A DNA stretch of 64,000 nucleotides from Candidatus Giovannonibacteria bacterium RIFOXYD1_FULL_48_21 (GTDB lineage: Bacteria > Patescibacteriota > Minisyncoccia > JACPKW01 > UBA11713): assembly GCA_001778985.1 (NCBI GenBank), contig MFIU01000002.1:57826-121825 (forward strand), written 5' to 3'. Of the stretch, positions 46,040 to 56,302 are shown piece by piece (the stretch's first letter is position 1; each line of letters begins with the position of its first letter). Position numbers and translations under genes: made by a program. The notes below the pieces were generated by a model. The model saw only the letters and a program-made list of their open reading frames with translations, ran no database searches and was not told where the DNA came from.

Positions 46040-46772
46040 TTACGAAAATGTTGAACATTCAATGTTCAACAGCTAAGGCTCCTTCGAGCTTTTTTAAAGG
46101 CGTTTTCACGACGAATTCACGATATTCGTTGCCAGTATCGAATTGCCCAAGAATAATTTCTGGATTTAAAAAATTGCCCCATCTGTTTTCGTCAATATAA
46201 TCTCGGAAACTTGACCATGAATAGTTCACTTCATTGTCCCGCCATTTTTTCAATTCTCTTGGGTTAGCGTGGAGGTAAGCTGAAAGATGTCTAAGATAAT
46301 TATTGGTATCAATATGCCTCCGGTGAAATCTTCCGCCAAATAGATGCCCGCTCCGATCATAACGGGTGTTAAAATATTTAGTATAAGAATTGGCCAGACG
46401 TTGCATATATTTTGAAATACCTCCCTCTTTTACCTCTTGGGCAATCAAATGAAAGTGATTCGGCATTAAGCAAAAAGCTATAAGTCTAACATGTCGGTTT
46501 TTTAGAATCTCGCCAAACACCTCGTCATTAAATTTTTGATTCTGAACTAGTTTGACTATCCGCTTCATTGGGTTCAATATCTCCTCGCCCTGAAAACCGA
46601 TAAGCAAAGTCATAAATCGCCAACGGTCTCTGTCATCAAGAAATAGGGAGCGTTTTTCAACTCCCCGATTATAGATGTGGTAATATTCACCGACCCCAAG
46701 CCCACTCCATTTCATATAAATCCATTGTAGCGCCAAAATGTTGAACATTCAATGTTCAAATGTTCAACAAGT
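46040..46772. mobile_element. IS200/IS605-family-like element 2
   Basis: Perfect palindrome TGTTGAACATTCAATGTTCAACA at 46048-46070. A related copy at 46738-46770 flanks the transposase gene. Confidence 0.6.
46059..46715 (-). CDS. tnpA: IS200-like HuH Y1 transposase paralog
   Basis: CLMPNHFHLIA HuH motif. SAYLHANPRE Tyr motif. About 55% identical to 40431..41096. Start trimmed to the Met at MKWSGLG. Confidence 0.65.
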   Translation of the reverse strand: MKWSGLGVGEYYHIYNRGVEKRSLFLDDRDRWRFMTLLIGFQGEEILNPMKRIVKLVQNQKFNDEVFGEILKNRHVRLIAFCLMPNHFHLIAQEVKEGGISKYMQRLANSYTKYFNTRYDRSGHLFGGRFHRRHIDTNNYLRHLSAYLHANPRELKKWRDNEVNYSWSSFRDYIDENRWGNFLNPEIILGQFDTGNEYREFVVKTPLKKLEGALAVEH

Positions 46773-47342
46773 TCAGATAAATTTTGTACAGAAACTGCGG
46801 CGGTGGATGGCGGAAAGACCGTGCTTTCGAAGTAGGCGGCGGTGCAGTTTGGTGCCGTAGCCTTTGTGGATTTCGAAAGAATATTTCGGGAATTTTTTGG
46901 CGAGCCTAATCATTTTCCGGTCGCGCGTGACTTTGGCGATGACCGAAGCCGCCGCTATTATGGGAATCTTTTCATCCCCCTTGATTATAGTTTTCTGCGG
47001 ATATTCCGGCGGAGCGTAAAGCGAGCCGTCCAGCAAAAGCATTTTGGGCTTAACGGAAAGTCGAGACAAAAGTCGCCGGATGCCTATTTTAACGGCGCGC
47101 GAAATACCGCGCCGGTCAATAATCCCCTCGCCCACCGAGGTTACGCCGTATTCTAAGTGCGGGTGTTCTCTCAAATGCCGAAACCACTCTTCGCGTTTTT
47201 TTAAGGTAAGTTTTTTGGAATCCTTGATGGCCTTAAAATTTTTTTTATAAATCTTCAAAGGACAAGCCACATAGGCCAGAGTGACCGGCCCGGCCAAAGG
47301 CCCCCGTCCGGCTTCATCGATTCCAACAAGATAACGCCGCAT
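46773..47342 (-). CDS. rnhB: Ribonuclease HII
   Basis: GIDEAGRGPLAGPV catalytic motif. Confidence 0.85.
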   Translation of the reverse strand: MRRYLVGIDEAGRGPLAGPVTLAYVACPLKIYKKNFKAIKDSKKLTLKKREEWFRHLREHPHLEYGVTSVGEGIIDRRGISRAVKIGIRRLLSRLSVKPKMLLLDGSLYAPPEYPQKTIIKGDEKIPIIAAASVIAKVTRDRKMIRLAKKFPKYSFEIHKGYGTKLHRRLLRKHGLSAIHRRSFCTKFI

Positions 47343-47424
47343 GAATTTATTTTATGCAATTTGTTCAAATAAAAAAGGGCCACTTGGTTGAGTGTCCAAG
47401 TGACCCGAAGAACTTCACGCGACC

Positions 47425-47817
47425 TCACTCGCCGCAACAGGCCTGTTTTGGGAAAAATCTCGTTAGACAATCATCAACCAGCTTTCTAATCTGAGGCTTA
47501 CTGCCATTATTCGAAACAAGCCCCTTTAGATCCGAGAGAAAATCCAGGGGAATCAGATCGCCGGTCTTGCAGAAGCGCAAGATAATCCTAAGACCCTTAA
47601 TGGCCCTCTTGTTGCCTTTCGTAAAAATAGGGGCCCAGGCGCGCTCGAAAAAATATTCTCGCCGCGATTGAAGATCGCCGTTGTCAAATTTCGAGACTAA
47701 CGGGCCGTAGAGAAGCATCAAGAATGCGCGAAAAGCCCCCAAGTCTCCTTTATCAATCGCCGCCCAGGCCGGCTTTTGTTCCGGAATAACCTGTAAAAGA
47801 ACTGCTTCAAATTTCAT
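47425..47817 (-). CDS. Hypothetical protein
   Basis: ORF with protein-like composition. No motif. Confidence 0.3.
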   Translation of the reverse strand: MKFEAVLLQVIPEQKPAWAAIDKGDLGAFRAFLMLLYGPLVSKFDNGDLQSRREYFFERAWAPIFTKGNKRAIKGLRIILRFCKTGDLIPLDFLSDLKGLVSNNGSKPQIRKLVDDCLTRFFPKQACCGE

Positions 47818-47877
47818 AAAACCTCCCTCTCTCCTTCTAGTGAATTTTCAGCCAGAGTCTAGCATACAGCAAAGATT

Positions 47878-50800
47878 TTGTCTAGAATTAAATTATCTAT
47901 GAGCTTTGTGCATCTGCATACCCACTCGCACTATTCGCTCCTGGACGGACTGACCAAAATCAAAGATTTGGTGAAAGAAGCCGCCCGCTTGGAAATGCCG
48001 GCTTTGGCGCTAACCGACCACGGCAACCTCTACGGAGCCATTGAATTTTATAAACAAGCCAAGAATGAAGGCGTTAAGCCCATCATCGGGGTGGAAGCGT
48101 ACGTGGCTTCGCGCTCTCTTCACGACAGAGAGCCGGGCGTGGACGAACGGCGTTACCACTTAACTCTGCTGGCTGAAAATGAGGAGGGCTATCACAATCT
48201 AATCGAGCTTGTCACCGTTTCGCATCTGGAAGGTTTTTATTATAAGCCGCGAGTGGATAAAGAGCTTTTGCGAAAACATGCCAGGGGCGTAATCGCGCTC
48301 TCTGGCTGCTTCAGCGGCGAGATTCCCCGGACTCTTTTCAGAAATGATTTCCCGGCGGCGGAAAAACTTGTCGAAGAGTATAAAGAAATTTTCGGCAAAG
48401 ATAATTTCTTCATCGAAACTTCCCATCATCCCGGGATTCCCAATCACGACGAAATTCAAAAGGCGCTCCGGGAACTTAGCGCCAAAACTAAAACTCCGCT
48501 CGTCGCCACCCAGGACTCGCATTACCTCAAGCCCGACGATGCTTCGGCTCAAGATATTCTGCTGGCGGTGCAGACCAACACCAAACTTGACGACGAAGAC
48601 CGGCTCACGATGAAGGCGGATGATTTTTCGTTTCGTCCTCCCCTCGAGATGCGAGAATTTTTCAAGGATTGGCCCGGTGCCGCGGAAAACACCCTGGAGA
48701 TCGCGAAGCGCGTCAATCTTACCATTCCCATGGGCATACTGCAGCTGCCGTATTTCGAAGTGCCGAGCGGATTTACTCCGGAAAGTTATCTTGAAAAACT
48801 TTGCCTGGAACGTCTCGAAAAACGCTATCCCAACCCGAGTCCGGATACGAAAAAAAGGCTGGAGTATGAGCTGGGAGTTATTAAAAAGACCGGTTTTTCA
48901 ACTTACTTTTTGATTGTTCAGGACTTGGTCAATTGGGCGAAGAGGGCGGAAATTGTAGTCGGTCCGGGCAGAGGTTCGGCCGCCGGCTCTCTGGCTTCCT
49001 ATGTTCTCGGCATAACCAATGTAGACCCGATAAAATACAATCTCTTTTTTGAACGCTTCATGAATCCCGACAGAATCTCGCCTCCTGATTTTGACCTTGA
49101 CTTCGCGGACACGAGGCGCAACGAAGTTTTGGAATACGTTCAGCAAAAATACGGGCGGGATAAAGTCGCGCAGATAATAACTTTCGGCACCATGGCCGCC
49201 CGCGCCGCCATCCGCGACGCTGGGCGCGCGTTGGGAATGAGCTACGGCTTTTGCGACCAGCTCGCGAAACTGATTCCATTCAATCCTACTCAAGGAATGA
49301 AAGAGGGGTGGCTCGAACATTGCTTGAAAGAAATTGAGGAGCTGAAAACCAGGTATCAAAGCGACCCGGAAGCAAAACGTCTTCTGGACGCGGCGCTAAA
49401 ACTGGAAGGAGTGGCGCGGCACGCTTCGGTCCACGCTTGCGGAGTCGTGATGACCAAAGAACCCTTGAAGAATATCGTGCCTCTGCAGTACGCGACTTCG
49501 CAGGGCGAGGCCGGCAGCAAAGAAGAAGTAATCGTAACCCAATATGAGATGCGCGCCGTTGAAGATTTGGGCCTTTTGAAGGTTGATTTTCTGGGACTAA
49601 AAAACTTAACTATCATAGAAAATACCCTGAAACTGGTGAAGGAGCGCCACGGCGTTGAGCTGGATTTGCCAGAAATCGAACCCAACGACTCTAAAGTTTT
49701 TAAGACATTGGAGGAAGGAAAAACCGTGGGTGTATTTCAGCTGGAAGGACAAGGCATGACTCGCTACCTGAAAGAACTTCGGCCGACAAACCTTGAAGAC
49801 ATTATCGCCATGATTTCTCTTTATCGGCCCGGCCCGATGGAACTTATCCCTTCTTACATAAAAAGAAAGCACGGCCGCGAGCAAGTTACTTATCTCCATC
49901 CCAAACTCGAGCCGATTTTAAAAAACACATACGGAATCGCGGTCTATCAGGAGCAAATGATGCAGATTGCCAGGGACCTGGCCGGCTTCACTCTGGCGGA
50001 AGCCGACACCCTGCGAAAAGCCATCGGCAAAAAAATCAAGAGTCTTCTGGCCGAACAAAAAGAGAAATTCGTCAGCCGCATGATTGCCAATAAAGTCGAA
50101 AAATCAATCGCCCGAAAACTCGGCGAACTTTTGGAGCCATTCGCCCGCTACGGCTTTAACCGCTCCCACGCCGCCTCTTACGCCCGGGTGGCTTTCGAAA
50201 CCGCTTATCTCAAAACCTACTGGCCGCTGGAGTTCATGGCCAGCTTAATGAATTCAGACGAGAAAGACATCGACCGGTTGAGTTTTCTGATGAAAGAGGC
50301 AAAAGAGCTCGAAATCGAAGTTAAGCCTCCGGAACTCAACACTTCTTACGACGGCTTCGCGCCCGAAGAATCTCCAAGCGGGCCGGCAATCCGCTTCGGC
50401 CTTCGCGCCATAAAAAACGTAGGTTCGAACGTGGTGCGGGCGATAATCAAAGAGCGAAGCGAAAACGGCATCTTCACGAACTTGGAGGACTTTTTGGGGC
50501 GGATTCCCTATCTAGATTTAAATAAAAAGTCTCTGGAGGCTTTGATTAAATCTGGAGCCACGGACTACCTGGGCGAGCGCGCGGCGCTCCTCGACAATAT
50601 TGAACTTTTGCTCCGGCACCATCGCGAGTCCAATAAACAGAGAAATGGCGCCCAAGATTCTCTTTTCGGAGAATCAGCTTCCGGGTTCCAGCCGAGCCTC
50701 GCCATGAAAGAAGTTCCTCCGGCGAGCCCGGAAGAAAAGCTGGGTTGGGAAAAAGAGCTTCTGGGTCTTTTCATATCCGGCCATCCCCTGGAGAAATTTC

Positions 50801-51162
50801 GCGAAGTGCTCTCGCGGCAGAAATTAAACATCAAGCTCATAAAATCCTTCAAAGCCGGCAGCCCCGTGATTGTCGGTGGGATAATCGAAGAATTCAAAAA
50901 AGTTCTGACTCGCAACAACCAACCCATGCTTTTTTTGAAGCTCGCGGATTTTACCGACAGCATCGAGGCCGTTGTTTTCCCCCGGCTCTTATCGGCGAAC
51001 GGGGGCGTTTTCCAGCCGGACGCCTGCGTGGTGCTGAAAGGAAGTATTTCCATCCGTGGCGGCAACCCCTCCATCATCTGCGACGAAGCCCGAAAATTGG
51101 GAGAAAAAACTAGCCCCGTTAGAAGTTCTAGCGAGGCAACTCTAGATGCCGAAATTGCATAA
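47878..51162 (+). CDS. dnaE: DNA polymerase III alpha subunit
   Basis: PHP domain HLHTHSHYSLLDG, polymerase core, OB fold. 1094 aa. Confidence 0.95.
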   Translation: MSRIKLSMSFVHLHTHSHYSLLDGLTKIKDLVKEAARLEMPALALTDHGNLYGAIEFYKQAKNEGVKPIIGVEAYVASRSLHDREPGVDERRYHLTLLAENEEGYHNLIELVTVSHLEGFYYKPRVDKELLRKHARGVIALSGCFSGEIPRTLFRNDFPAAEKLVEEYKEIFGKDNFFIETSHHPGIPNHDEIQKALRELSAKTKTPLVATQDSHYLKPDDASAQDILLAVQTNTKLDDEDRLTMKADDFSFRPPLEMREFFKDWPGAAENTLEIAKRVNLTIPMGILQLPYFEVPSGFTPESYLEKLCLERLEKRYPNPSPDTKKRLEYELGVIKKTGFSTYFLIVQDLVNWAKRAEIVVGPGRGSAAGSLASYVLGITNVDPIKYNLFFERFMNPDRISPPDFDLDFADTRRNEVLEYVQQKYGRDKVAQIITFGTMAARAAIRDAGRALGMSYGFCDQLAKLIPFNPTQGMKEGWLEHCLKEIEELKTRYQSDPEAKRLLDAALKLEGVARHASVHACGVVMTKEPLKNIVPLQYATSQGEAGSKEEVIVTQYEMRAVEDLGLLKVDFLGLKNLTIIENTLKLVKERHGVELDLPEIEPNDSKVFKTLEEGKTVGVFQLEGQGMTRYLKELRPTNLEDIIAMISLYRPGPMELIPSYIKRKHGREQVTYLHPKLEPILKNTYGIAVYQEQMMQIARDLAGFTLAEADTLRKAIGKKIKSLLAEQKEKFVSRMIANKVEKSIARKLGELLEPFARYGFNRSHAASYARVAFETAYLKTYWPLEFMASLMNSDEKDIDRLSFLMKEAKELEIEVKPPELNTSYDGFAPEESPSGPAIRFGLRAIKNVGSNVVRAIIKERSENGIFTNLEDFLGRIPYLDLNKKSLEALIKSGATDYLGERAALLDNIELLLRHHRESNKQRNGAQDSLFGESASGFQPSLAMKEVPPASPEEKLGWEKELLGLFISGHPLEKFREVLSRQKLNIKLIKSFKAGSPVIVGGIIEEFKKVLTRNNQPMLFLKLADFTDSIEAVVFPRLLSANGGVFQPDACVVLKGSISIRGGNPSIICDEARKLGEKTSPVRSSSEATLDAEIA

Positions 51163-51184
51163 AACATGAAAACTTCTAACGGGG
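51114..51184. repeat. Hairpin element E: CCCCGTTAGAAGTT ... (43 nt) ... AACTTCTAACGGGG spanning the dnaE stop and thrS start
   Basis: 14-bp stem with a compensatory variant (GAAGTT/AACTTC). The loop contains the dnaE TAA and the thrS ATG. Confidence 0.65.
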
Positions 51185-52392
51185 TGAAGAAACAAAAGAA
51201 GCCCCAGTCTCCTGAAAAATCAAAACCAAAGGACCACCGCGAGCTCGGCCGGGAGCTGGATTTGTTTTCTTTCCACGAGGTTTCGCCCGGCGCGCCCTTT
51301 TGGCACTACAAAGGAATGCTCATTGTAAAGGCGCTGGAAAAATTCATCCGGGAACTCCAGGACAAACACGGCTATGAAGAAATTTCTACGCCGATAATGG
51401 TCAAAAAAGAGCTTTTTGAAAAATCCGGTCATTGGGAATTTTTTAAGGATGACATGTTTTATTTCAAAGCGGGAACTGAAACGTACGCCTTGAAACCCAT
51501 GAACTGTCCTGAAAGCGCCCTGGTTTATCAAACCCGCACCAGAAGCTATCGCGACCTGCCGCTCCGGCTCGCGGAGATTGGGCGTTTGCATAGAAATGAA
51601 CTCTCGGGAGTTTTAGGAGGACTTTTGCGCGTCAGGCAAATCACAATGGATGATGCTCACATCTACTGCCGTTTTGACCAGATAAAATCAGAACTTGTGA
51701 GCGTTTTAAAAATGACGGAGGAATTTTACAAGCGCCTGGGCCTTCCGGTCGTATATGGACTCGCCACCCGTCCTAAAAAGGCGATGGGCAGCGTAAAAAC
51801 GTGGAAAGAGGCGGAAAAACTTCTGGGCGAGGCGCTGGAAGAGCTCGGGCTTAAATATCAAACCTTGAAAGGCGAGGGCGCTTTCTACGGACCAAAAATA
51901 CATTTTGATATTAAAGATTCTCTCGACCGCACCTGGACTATCGCCACCGCCCAACTGGATTTTCAAATTCCGGAACGCTTTCAACTTGAATATATTGACG
52001 CCGACGGACAGGCCAAACGTCCGGTCATAATCCATCGCGCGATTTTTGGCTCATTTGAACGCTTTATCGGAATTCTTCTGGAACACTTTAAGGGCGCGCT
52101 TCCCTTCTGGCTCTCGCCGGTGCAAGTCGCGGTGCTGGCCATCAACGACCAAGTCACAGATTATTCCAAAAAAGTTTTCGAGGCCTTAAAAAACAAAAAT
52201 GTCCGCGCGGAATTGGACCTGCGAAACGAATCCGTCGGCAAGAAAATTCGGGAAGCTGAACTGCAAAAAATTCCCTATCTTCTGATAATCGGTGAAAAAG
52301 AAGCCGCCTCCGAAAAAGTTGCCGTCCGCGAACGGGGCAAGGGAGATATCGGCCAGAAAACTCTTGAAGAATTTTGGGAAATCATAAAATAA
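51166..52392 (+). CDS. thrS: Threonine--tRNA ligase, short form (catalytic + anticodon-binding domains only)
   Basis: Starts at DHRELGRELDLF (the start of the catalytic domain in full-length ThrS). Class II motifs. No TGS or editing domain. Confidence 0.85.
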   Translation: MKTSNGVKKQKKPQSPEKSKPKDHRELGRELDLFSFHEVSPGAPFWHYKGMLIVKALEKFIRELQDKHGYEEISTPIMVKKELFEKSGHWEFFKDDMFYFKAGTETYALKPMNCPESALVYQTRTRSYRDLPLRLAEIGRLHRNELSGVLGGLLRVRQITMDDAHIYCRFDQIKSELVSVLKMTEEFYKRLGLPVVYGLATRPKKAMGSVKTWKEAEKLLGEALEELGLKYQTLKGEGAFYGPKIHFDIKDSLDRTWTIATAQLDFQIPERFQLEYIDADGQAKRPVIIHRAIFGSFERFIGILLEHFKGALPFWLSPVQVAVLAINDQVTDYSKKVFEALKNKNVRAELDLRNESVGKKIREAELQKIPYLLIIGEKEAASEKVAVRERGKGDIGQKTLEEFWEIIK

Positions 52393-52443
52393 AGCGCCGA
52401 ACATTACTGCAAGGCGCCTTATCTCTGCCGGAGAAAATTTTCC

Positions 52444-52719
52444 TTAGTTTAAATTTGCCGTGCGCTTCATCTTCTCGATACTTTTCAGGCCGTTTCCTTC
52501 TAGCAGCACGCCGCTTACCAATCCGACTAGGAAAACTTGTTCTCCATAACGATGGTCAAAAACAGTTACTTTGAATACTCGTTTGCGTATGCCATCTTCA
52601 AAAACGCTGGTCTGATGAATTTTTACGTCCTGGCCTGCGCGCCGAAAATTTTCAAAAATCCTCATGGCAATCTCCACCGGCTTATCATCAACTTGTAAAC
52701 GATCTAAATGATCAAACAT
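52444..52719 (-). CDS. Hypothetical protein
   Basis: ORF only. Confidence 0.25.
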   Translation of the reverse strand: MFDHLDRLQVDDKPVEIAMRIFENFRRAGQDVKIHQTSVFEDGIRKRVFKVTVFDHRYGEQVFLVGLVSGVLLEGNGLKSIEKMKRTANLN

Positions 52720-52776
52720 AAGAAATCCCTCCCTTCGTCAGATCTATCAATTTCATTAAAACCAATAAAAATTAAA

Positions 52777-53607
52777 ATGTCAAAAAGCAAGTTAATCATA
52801 ATAGTTGGGCTAACTGCGTCTGGCAAATCGGAATACGCGGCAAAGCTCGCGAAGAAAATCGGCGGGGAGATTGTTTCGGCCGACTCAAGGCAAGTTTACA
52901 AAGGGCTCGATATCGGCACGGCCAAGATTAAAGGCCAGTGGTGCACGGATATCGCCGACACAAAGAAAACAACCACGGTAGTCGAATGGAAAAGATGCGC
53001 CGAGGATGCAATCGATACGATATATCGTATCGGTAAAACTCCTATTATTGTTGGCGGCACTATGTTTTATATCAAAGCATTGGCGGACGGACTGATTTTG
53101 CCGCAAGTTCCGCCGAATCCAAAGCTCCGGAAAAAACTGGAGAAAAAGTCCGCGACTGAACTTTTTGAAATCCTAAAAAAGAAAGATGCCCAGCGCTCAA
53201 AAATCATCGAGCCTAAAAACAAACGCCGTTTAATCCGGGCATTGGAAATTGTTGCCGCCCTAGGCCAAGTCCCGAAACTAAAGAAGCGCCGAAAATATGA
53301 CGCGCTTTTTCTGGGCCTCAAGCGAACGCCCGCCGAGCTCAAAAGACGGATTGAAAAACGGATTTCCCGGATGTTAAAACGAGGGCTCGTGAAGGAAGTT
53401 CAAAAACTTCGCGCGGCTCGCCTCCCCTGGAAACGAATCTATGAATTCGGCTTTGAATATAAATATCCCGCGCTCTATCTTCAGAAAAAAATCTCCAGAA
53501 ACGAGATGAAAGAAATGCTTCTGAAAGAAACGTTGGATTACGCCCGCCGCCAGATGGTCTGGTTTAAAAAAGATAAAAGAATCAGATGGATTTCGAGGCC
53601 TTGTTGA
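52777..53607 (+). CDS. miaA: tRNA dimethylallyltransferase
   Basis: P-loop IIIVGLTASGKS and DSRQVYKGLDIGTAK. Confidence 0.85.
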   Translation: MSKSKLIIIVGLTASGKSEYAAKLAKKIGGEIVSADSRQVYKGLDIGTAKIKGQWCTDIADTKKTTTVVEWKRCAEDAIDTIYRIGKTPIIVGGTMFYIKALADGLILPQVPPNPKLRKKLEKKSATELFEILKKKDAQRSKIIEPKNKRRLIRALEIVAALGQVPKLKKRRKYDALFLGLKRTPAELKRRIEKRISRMLKRGLVKEVQKLRAARLPWKRIYEFGFEYKYPALYLQKKISRNEMKEMLLKETLDYARRQMVWFKKDKRIRWISRPC

Positions 53608-53919
53608 AACAAGGCCTCGTTGGATGATTTCCGCCGTGGAAAACTAAACTACGAAAACTTCGAGCTGGTTATCCTCATAGAGCAGAACCTTATCTCGCCG
53701 GATGTCAACTATTCCGTAGCCTGCTTCGCAGACGACAATGTTGTCATCTCGAATCCCGATTACTGGGAATTCGGACCCTTTTGTGATATGGAAAGTAAAA
53801 TCTAGATGCGGATTAAACTCCTTCGCTTCCTCTTCTGAAATGAAACCAACGACTAGAGCTCTCATAAATCCTCCCTCCGATGAACTTCTATCGAGATATT
53901 AGCAAGGCAGGCTAAAAAG

Positions 53920-55419
53920 TCAAGCTTGCCTCAATATTTTTTCAAAAAGCTCTTTGAGGATGCCGGGGCTTGCTCCTATTTTTTTTGCTTTCGCTTCGCG
54001 CATGGCTTGGCCGATTAGAAACTGGAGAGAGGCCTCTTTCCCCTTTTTATAATCCTCTACGGCTTTTTGATTTCGCGCGATGATATTTTTTACTATTCCT
54101 TCAAGCGCGTTCGCGTCAGACGAAATTAAAAATCCTTCTTTTTCGGCAATGTCAGACGGGTCTTCGCCGGTTTCAATCATAATTCGCAAAATGTCCTTGG
54201 CCCCGCGAGAAGATATCTCTCCCCCGGCGGCCATTTTCATAAGCTCTCCAAAATTCTCCGGCGTAATTCTCATCTCCTCTATGGGAAGTTCTTTTTCTTT
54301 GAGCAGACCCAAGAGATCCGAGGTAATATAATTCGCTGAAAGTTCGATAAGTTTTTTCGGCTCGATTTTCTCGCTCCAGCGCTCGACCTCTGAAACCGCG
54401 GCTTCGAAAAATTCAGAAAGTTTCCGGTCGCGGGTAAAAACTTCGAGCTTCTCGCCATCCAAGCCGTATTCTTTTCTAAAACGAACTCTTTTTTGACCTG
54501 GAAGTTCCGGAAGTTCGTCTTTCAAAATCTCGGGATTGAATTCCGCGACTTCGGAGAGTTTCAAGGGCGGCAAATCCGGCTCCGGAAAATAACGATAGTC
54601 ATGCGCCTCTTCCTTGGAACGCTGGGAAACGGTAATTTCTTTAACATCGTTCCAGCCGCGGGTTTCCTGCTTGACTTTCTCCCCTTTTCCCAGAAGCTTC
54701 GACTGGCGTTCAATTTCAAACTCAATCGCGCGTTCCACGTTTCGAAACGAATTGATATTTTTTATCTCAACTTTAGTTCCTAACTTGGCGGTTAAACCGC
54801 CAAGTGGCGGTTTAACCGCTTCTGCGATTGAAATATTAGCTTCTACCCTCATCTGACCTTTTTCCATGTCCGCGTCTGAAATTCCTAAATAGCGCAAGAT
54901 AAGCTGCAGTTCCTCGGCAAATTCTCGAGCTTCTTTAGCTGAAGATATATCGGGCTCGGTAACGAGTTCCATCAACGGCACCCCGGAGCGGTTGAAATCA
55001 ATGAGCGTCGCTTTATTTTTATCGTCGTGAACCGAACGCGCGGCGTCTTCTTCCAAGTGAACCCGAGTGATTCTAATTTTTTTACCAGAAAACGGAAGTT
55101 CTAAAATTCCTTCTTTCACTAAGGGATTTTTGTACTGCGAGATCTGATACCCCTTTGGCAAATCCGGATAAAAATAGTTTTTGCGGTCAAAGCGCGACTC
55201 GTCCGCGAGTTTGGCGCCCAGCGCCGCGCCCAGCCGCAAGACGTGCTTTATGGCTTCCTTGTTAGCGACCGGAAGCGTCCCGGGATGACCTAAACATATT
55301 GGGCAGATATTGGTGTTAGGGTGTTTTTCTAAAGGGTCGTTCAAACACCCGCAAAACATTTTCGTTTTGGTTTTCAGCTCCACATGGACTTCAAGTCCGA
55401 TAGTCGCTTGATACGCCAT
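53920..55419 (-). CDS. gatB: Asp-tRNA(Asn)/Glu-tRNA(Gln) amidotransferase subunit B
   Basis: MAYQATIGLEVHVELKTKTKMFCGC is the GatB N-terminus. Full length. Confidence 0.9.
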   Translation of the reverse strand: MAYQATIGLEVHVELKTKTKMFCGCLNDPLEKHPNTNICPICLGHPGTLPVANKEAIKHVLRLGAALGAKLADESRFDRKNYFYPDLPKGYQISQYKNPLVKEGILELPFSGKKIRITRVHLEEDAARSVHDDKNKATLIDFNRSGVPLMELVTEPDISSAKEAREFAEELQLILRYLGISDADMEKGQMRVEANISIAEAVKPPLGGLTAKLGTKVEIKNINSFRNVERAIEFEIERQSKLLGKGEKVKQETRGWNDVKEITVSQRSKEEAHDYRYFPEPDLPPLKLSEVAEFNPEILKDELPELPGQKRVRFRKEYGLDGEKLEVFTRDRKLSEFFEAAVSEVERWSEKIEPKKLIELSANYITSDLLGLLKEKELPIEEMRITPENFGELMKMAAGGEISSRGAKDILRIMIETGEDPSDIAEKEGFLISSDANALEGIVKNIIARNQKAVEDYKKGKEASLQFLIGQAMREAKAKKIGASPGILKELFEKILRQA

Positions 55420-55444
55420 AAAAAATATGATAACCTAATTTTCT

Positions 55445-56017
55445 ATGCTTTCCTACACAGACTTAACCCCCGGGACGCAATTTATTCTCGATGGGGAGCC
55501 GTACGAGGTCTTGGAATATCAATTTGTCCGGATGCAGCAGAGAAAACCTTCGGTTCAAACCAAGATAAAAAATTTAATCTCGGGAAAAATTGTTTCGAAA
55601 ACTTTCCAACCTTCGGATTCTCTCAAGGAAGCCGAGATTGAAAAGGAGGAACTCTCATTCATCTACGCGCACCGCGGCGAATACGTTTTTCAACAAGAAA
55701 AAGAGCGACTCACTCTCGCCGAGAACGTCATCGGCGAGGAAGCAAAATATTTAAAAGCTGGCCTCGCTGTAACCGCCTATAGATTCAATGGCAGAATCAT
55801 AAACATTAAGCTTCCTGTAAAAGTGGATTACGTCGTTAAAGAAGCCCCGCCCGGTTTCAAGGGTGACACTGCCACCGGCGGCAATAAAAGCGTCACGCTG
55901 GAAAACGGACTTCAAATCAACGTTCCTCTTTTCATAGAAGCCGGCGACACGGTCCGGGTAAACACCGAAAGCGGTGAGTATACGGAGAGGATTTCCAAAG
56001 CGCGTCAAGCCCGTTAG
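55445..56017 (+). CDS. efp: Elongation factor P
   Basis: KPSVQTKIKNLISGKI... EF-P fold, 190 aa. Confidence 0.9.
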   Translation: MLSYTDLTPGTQFILDGEPYEVLEYQFVRMQQRKPSVQTKIKNLISGKIVSKTFQPSDSLKEAEIEKEELSFIYAHRGEYVFQQEKERLTLAENVIGEEAKYLKAGLAVTAYRFNGRIINIKLPVKVDYVVKEAPPGFKGDTATGGNKSVTLENGLQINVPLFIEAGDTVRVNTESGEYTERISKARQAR

Positions 56018-56077
56018 AAATAAGCCGCCCCAGGGCGACTGCTGCCCTGCTTTCAGCATGGTGGATTTCTAACGGGC
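56009..56077. repeat. Hairpin element F: GCCCGTTAGAAAT ... (43 nt) ... ATTTCTAACGGGC after efp
   Basis: 13-bp stem with a compensatory G/C change at the stem end. Lies between convergent efp and a DUF2905 gene. Confidence 0.65.
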
Positions 56078-56302
56078 TCAAAAAAGCGTAAGTATCAAAA
56101 ACGCCAACCCTGACAAAACCGAGCTCACCAAAAGACCCGTGGTCACCGGAAAATAAAAACGAAGGTTTTCGCGTTCAATCGTAAAATCGCCGGGAAGCCT
56201 CCCCAAAGGAAGCGTTTTGTTTGAAACAATGACCACAAGCCCGACTATCACCAAGAGGAGCCCCAAAGCGATTATTAATTTTCCAACTCCGTTCATTTTC
56301 AA
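56078..56302 (-). CDS. DUF2905-family small membrane protein
   Basis: LGRLPGDFTIERENLRFYFPVTT matches the DUF2905 pattern. 2 TM. Confidence 0.6.
   Translation of the reverse strand: MKMNGVGKLIIALGLLLVIVGLVVIVSNKTLPLGRLPGDFTIERENLRFYFPVTTGLLVSSVLSGLAFLILTLF

Noticed and set aside
53620-53865. Small overlapping ORFs between miaA and gatB (53620..53805 + and 53644..53865 -)
   Set aside because: They are mutually exclusive. Neither has a ribosome-binding site or recognisable motif, so neither was called.
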